A stretch of 64,000 nt of DNA from Candidatus Nanopelagicales bacterium (GTDB taxonomy: Bacteria; Actinomycetota; Actinomycetes; S36-B12; CAIYMF01), in the NCBI GenBank assembly GCA_025351185.1, contig JANXWJ010000094.1, positions 5,172-69,171 on the forward strand, given 5' to 3'. The stretch's first letter is position 1. Every line of letters starts with the position of its first letter. The position numbers and the translations under genes are program-made. The notes beneath the pieces were generated by a model. That model searched no databases. It saw nothing but the letters and a program-made list of their open reading frames with translations, and was not told the origin of the DNA. Shown piece by piece: positions 60,910 to 64,000 of this stretch.

Positions 60910-62373
60910 TCAGACGGTGGTGGCCAGCACCTCGCGCAGCATCTCCAGCGTCGTGGCGGGGTGGATGAAGGAGAAGCGCCCCACCGTCTCCCCCTCCCAC
61001 GAGGTGCTGGTGATGAAGGCGACCTGGTCCTTGAGCAGTCGGGCCGCCCAGGCGTCGTAGTCGGCTGCGGTCCATCCGACGCGACGGAACAGCACCATCC
61101 CGAGGGTGGGTTCGCGCAGCAGCTCGAGGTGCGGGGCCGCGTCGATCTCGCGCGCGACGGCTGTCGCCAGCGTGATCGAGTGCTCGATCGCCTCGGCGTA
61201 GGCGTCGGTGCCGTTGACGACGAGGGAGAACCACAGCGGCAGACCGCGCGCGCGACGGGTGAGGTGGTAGGCGTAGTCGGTCGGGTTCCACTCGTAGGAA
61301 CCGTCGTCATGGTGGATCGCGTCGAGGTAGGAGGCATCCTGCGTGTGCACCGCCTTCGCGAGGCGCGGCTCGCGATAGAGCAGGGCGGCGCAGTCGTACG
61401 GCGCGAACAGCCACTTGTGCGGATCGACGACGAAGGAGTCGACGAGCTCGATGCCGTCGTACAGCTCACGGACGCTCGACGCGAACAGACCCGCGCCGCC
61501 GTAGGCACCGTCGACGTGGAACCACATGCCGCGCTCGCGCGCGATCGTGCCGACTCCGCGGAGGTCGTCGATGATGCCGGCGTTGGTGGTGCCGGAGGTG
61601 GCGACGACGGCGATGACCGAGCCGGGGTCGCCGTCGGCGTCGAGGGCTGCGCGCAGTGCCTCGCCGGTGAAGCGGTGGTCCGCGGTGCGCACGACGAGCG
61701 GGTCGACGTCGATGATCGACATCGTGTTCTTGACCGACGAGTGCGCCTGGTCCGACACCGCGATGCGCAGCCGGCGGTGCCGGGCGTGCTCCCCGTCGCG
61801 CTCGACGAGTCGACGACGAGCAGTGTCGCGCGCGACGACGAGAGCCGACAGGTTGCCCGCTGATCCCCCTGACACGAACGTGCCGCCAGCGCCGGCCGGA
61901 AGTCGTGCAGCGTCGGCGATCCAGCGCAGCGCCTGATTCTCCGCAGCGACCGCTCCTGCTGCCTCGAGCCACGAGATGCCCTGCAGCGACGCCGCGGAGA
62001 CGACCATGTCGAACAGCAGCGCGGCCTTGGTCGGCGCCGACGGGATGAACGCCCAATAGCGCGGCGAGTCGGCCGAGAGCACTGTCTTGCTCAGGTGCTC
62101 GGAGTAGATGTCGAGGACCTTCTCCGCATCCATGCCCTCACGGGTGACGAGCCCGTCGAGGATGGCGTCGACCTCGGCCTTCTGGCCCGGATGGTCGAGC
62201 GGCGTCTCGGGGATCGAGAGGCGCTCGGAGACGTAGTCGAGGACGAGGTGCACGAGGCGGTCGTCCGGCGTGTGCATGCGCTGCTGCGACGGGCGCGTCG
62301 GTGCGAAGCTCGGCGATGCGGGGACGGTGGAGTCAGAGACCACGGCTGGTCGGCCTTCCAGGGGTGTCGGCAC
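60910..62373 (-). CDS. Group II PLP-dependent amino-acid decarboxylase; start uncertain (62277-62373)
   Basis: AFIPSAPT, GTFVSGGSAGNLSAL, HSSV, SGTTNAG..D, HVDGAYGG, DPHKWLF. Confidence 0.92.
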   Translation of the reverse strand: MPTPLEGRPAVVSDSTVPASPSFAPTRPSQQRMHTPDDRLVHLVLDYVSERLSIPETPLDHPGQKAEVDAILDGLVTREGMDAEKVLDIYSEHLSKTVLSADSPRYWAFIPSAPTKAALLFDMVVSAASLQGISWLEAAGAVAAENQALRWIADAARLPAGAGGTFVSGGSAGNLSALVVARDTARRRLVERDGEHARHRRLRIAVSDQAHSSVKNTMSIIDVDPLVVRTADHRFTGEALRAALDADGDPGSVIAVVATSGTTNAGIIDDLRGVGTIARERGMWFHVDGAYGGAGLFASSVRELYDGIELVDSFVVDPHKWLFAPYDCAALLYREPRLAKAVHTQDASYLDAIHHDDGSYEWNPTDYAYHLTRRARGLPLWFSLVVNGTDAYAEAIEHSITLATAVAREIDAAPHLELLREPTLGMVLFRRVGWTAADYDAWAARLLKDQVAFITSTSWEGETVGRFSFIHPATTLEMLREVLATTV

Positions 62374-62591
62374 GCCGGTGGCTGTCCACGCAGCAGGCGC
62401 CGAAGGCGAACTCTAGCGCCGCCCCTGCGTGCCGCCGAAATCGTCGAGCCGCTCATCGAACGGGTCGCGCATGTGCTGCCAGCACCCGTGACAGCGCTTG
62501 CAGGTGAGACACCTCACCCCTGCGCTGCGTCGACGGCGTGCGCCCTCGCGACAGCCACCCGGCGGCCACGCACCGCGTCTAGGATCGAACG

Positions 62592-63572
62592 GTGAGCCCC
62601 TCCCCCGTCGCACTCATCGCCGAGCCGGGAGCAGTCGGTGACGTCACCCGCAGCGACGCCGCCCTGCGCCGGTTCCTCCACGGCCTTCCCGGCGTCGACC
62701 AGGTCGGCGCCGACGCCCGGGCCGCAGCGCTCTCGACCCGCTCGATCAAGACCACGGCCAAGGCCTTCGCCATCGACCTCGCCATCTCGATGATCGACCT
62801 CACCACGCTCGAGGGGTCTGACACACCGGGCAAGGTGCGCAGCCTGTGCGCGAAGGCGCGACGCCCGGACCCGCACGACCCGTCGGTCCCGATGACCGCG
62901 GCGGTCTGCGTCTACAACGACCTGGTCGGACTGGCGAAGGATGCGCTCGGTGACTCCGGCGTCAAGGTCGCAGCCGTCGCGACTGCCTTCCCCTCGGGGC
63001 GCGCGTCCCTGGCAGTCAAGCTGGCCGACACCCGTGACGCCGTCGTGCAGGGCGCCGACGAGATCGACATGGTCATCGACCGCGGCGCGTTCCTGTCGGG
63101 TCGCTATCTCGAGATCTTCGAGGAGATCGCGGCGGTCAAGCAGGTGTGCCAGGAGGACGGTGCCACGGCGCACCTCAAGGTGATCCTCGAGACCGGTGAG
63201 CTGCAGACCTACGACAGCGTGCGACGAGCCTCGTGGCTCGCGATGCTAGCCGGCGCCGACTTCATCAAGACCTCGACCGGCAAGATCTCACCGGCCGCGA
63301 CCCTTCCCGTGACGCTGGTGATGCTCGAGGCATGCCGCGACTGGTTCGACGCCACGGGGCACCGGATCGGCATGAAGCCCGCCGGTGGCATCCGCACGAC
63401 GAAGGACGCCATGAAGTTCCTCGTGCTCGTCAACGAGACCGTCGGCACCGAATGGCTCACGCCCGACCTCTTCCGCATCGGCGCCTCGAGCCTGCTCAAC
63501 GACCTGCTGCTCCAGCGCCAGAAGATGGCCACCGGTCGCTACTCCGGCCCCGACTACGTCACCGTCGACTGA
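62592..63572 (+). CDS. deoC: Deoxyribose-phosphate aldolase
   Basis: IDLTTLEG.DT, VATAFPSG, GADEIDMV, LKVILETGEL, ADFIKTSTGK, MKPAGGI, FRIGASSLL. Confidence 0.96.
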   Translation: MSPSPVALIAEPGAVGDVTRSDAALRRFLHGLPGVDQVGADARAAALSTRSIKTTAKAFAIDLAISMIDLTTLEGSDTPGKVRSLCAKARRPDPHDPSVPMTAAVCVYNDLVGLAKDALGDSGVKVAAVATAFPSGRASLAVKLADTRDAVVQGADEIDMVIDRGAFLSGRYLEIFEEIAAVKQVCQEDGATAHLKVILETGELQTYDSVRRASWLAMLAGADFIKTSTGKISPAATLPVTLVMLEACRDWFDATGHRIGMKPAGGIRTTKDAMKFLVLVNETVGTEWLTPDLFRIGASSLLNDLLLQRQKMATGRYSGPDYVTVD

Positions 63573-63598
63573 CGCGCGACCACAGACCAGAGGGACAC

Positions 63599-64000
63599 AT
63601 GCCCACCCCGTTCGAGTACGCCCCCGCACCCGAGTCGCGCGCCGTTGTCACCATCGCGTCGTCGTACGGCTTGTTCATCGACGGTGAGTTCACCGACGGC
63701 ACCGGCGGGTCGCTGAAGAGCATCAACCCCGCGACCGAAGAGGTGCTCTCCGAGATCGCGATCGCGAGCGACGCCGACGTCGACCGTGCCGTGAAGGCGG
63801 CGCGGCGCGCCTACACCCGGGTGTGGTCGAAGACGTCCGGGGCGGAGCGGGCGAAGTACCTCTTCCGCATCGCGCGGCTCGTGCAGGAGCGCTCGCGCGA
63901 GCTCGCGGTGCTCGAGACGCTCGACAACGGCAAGCCCATCAAGGAGTCGCGCGACGTCGACATCCCCTTGGTGGCAGCGCACTTCTTCTACTACGCCGGG
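63599..64000 (+). CDS. Aldehyde dehydrogenase, partial (runs off the right edge)
   Basis: MPTPFEYAPAPES...GLFIDGEF...INPATEE...DVDRAVKAAR...ETLDNGKPIKESRDVD. Confidence 0.92.
   Translation, partial: MPTPFEYAPAPESRAVVTIASSYGLFIDGEFTDGTGGSLKSINPATEEVLSEIAIASDADVDRAVKAARRAYTRVWSKTSGAERAKYLFRIARLVQERSRELAVLETLDNGKPIKESRDVDIPLVAAHFFYYAG

Overview
High-GC actinomycete chromosomal segment. No rRNA, tRNA, CRISPR array or transposase was seen. (1) 1-16.6 kb: cell-surface glycopolymer locus with wecB, a UDP-HexNAc dehydrogenase, several GT4/GT2/CgeB-type glycosyltransferases, a TagGH/Wzm-Wzt exporter, rfbA and an LCP ligase. (2) 19.3-23 kb: decaying accessory patch holding an intact GAF-EAL phosphodiesterase, a truncated NlpC/P60 gene, a frameshifted cheA Hpt fragment and an ATPase remnant. 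The first three are each preceded by a sigma28/FliA-like (C/T)TCA-N16-(G/A)CCGAT motif. (3) 23-55 kb: conserved actinobacterial backbone (acyl-CoA dehydrogenases, ugd, purEK, GtrA, two-component pair, GAF-GGDEF, adenylate cyclase, birA, pccB/accE, maf, biotin carboxylase, lpdA, punA, phosphomannomutase) with insertions: a DUF6541-like membrane protein, a PhyH pseudogene and a frameshifted SPFH gene. (4) 56-58.5 kb: FadR regulator with its operator, an alkylglycerol-monooxygenase-like desaturase and a lysoplasmalogenase, a candidate ether-lipid catabolic operon. (5) DUF222-HNH, GNAT, PLP decarboxylase, deoC and a partial aldehyde dehydrogenase. Two small palindromic intergenic repeat families each occur twice, one with compensatory stem changes. 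Many genes appear leaderless. All family assignments come from motif recognition by eye, not database searches.
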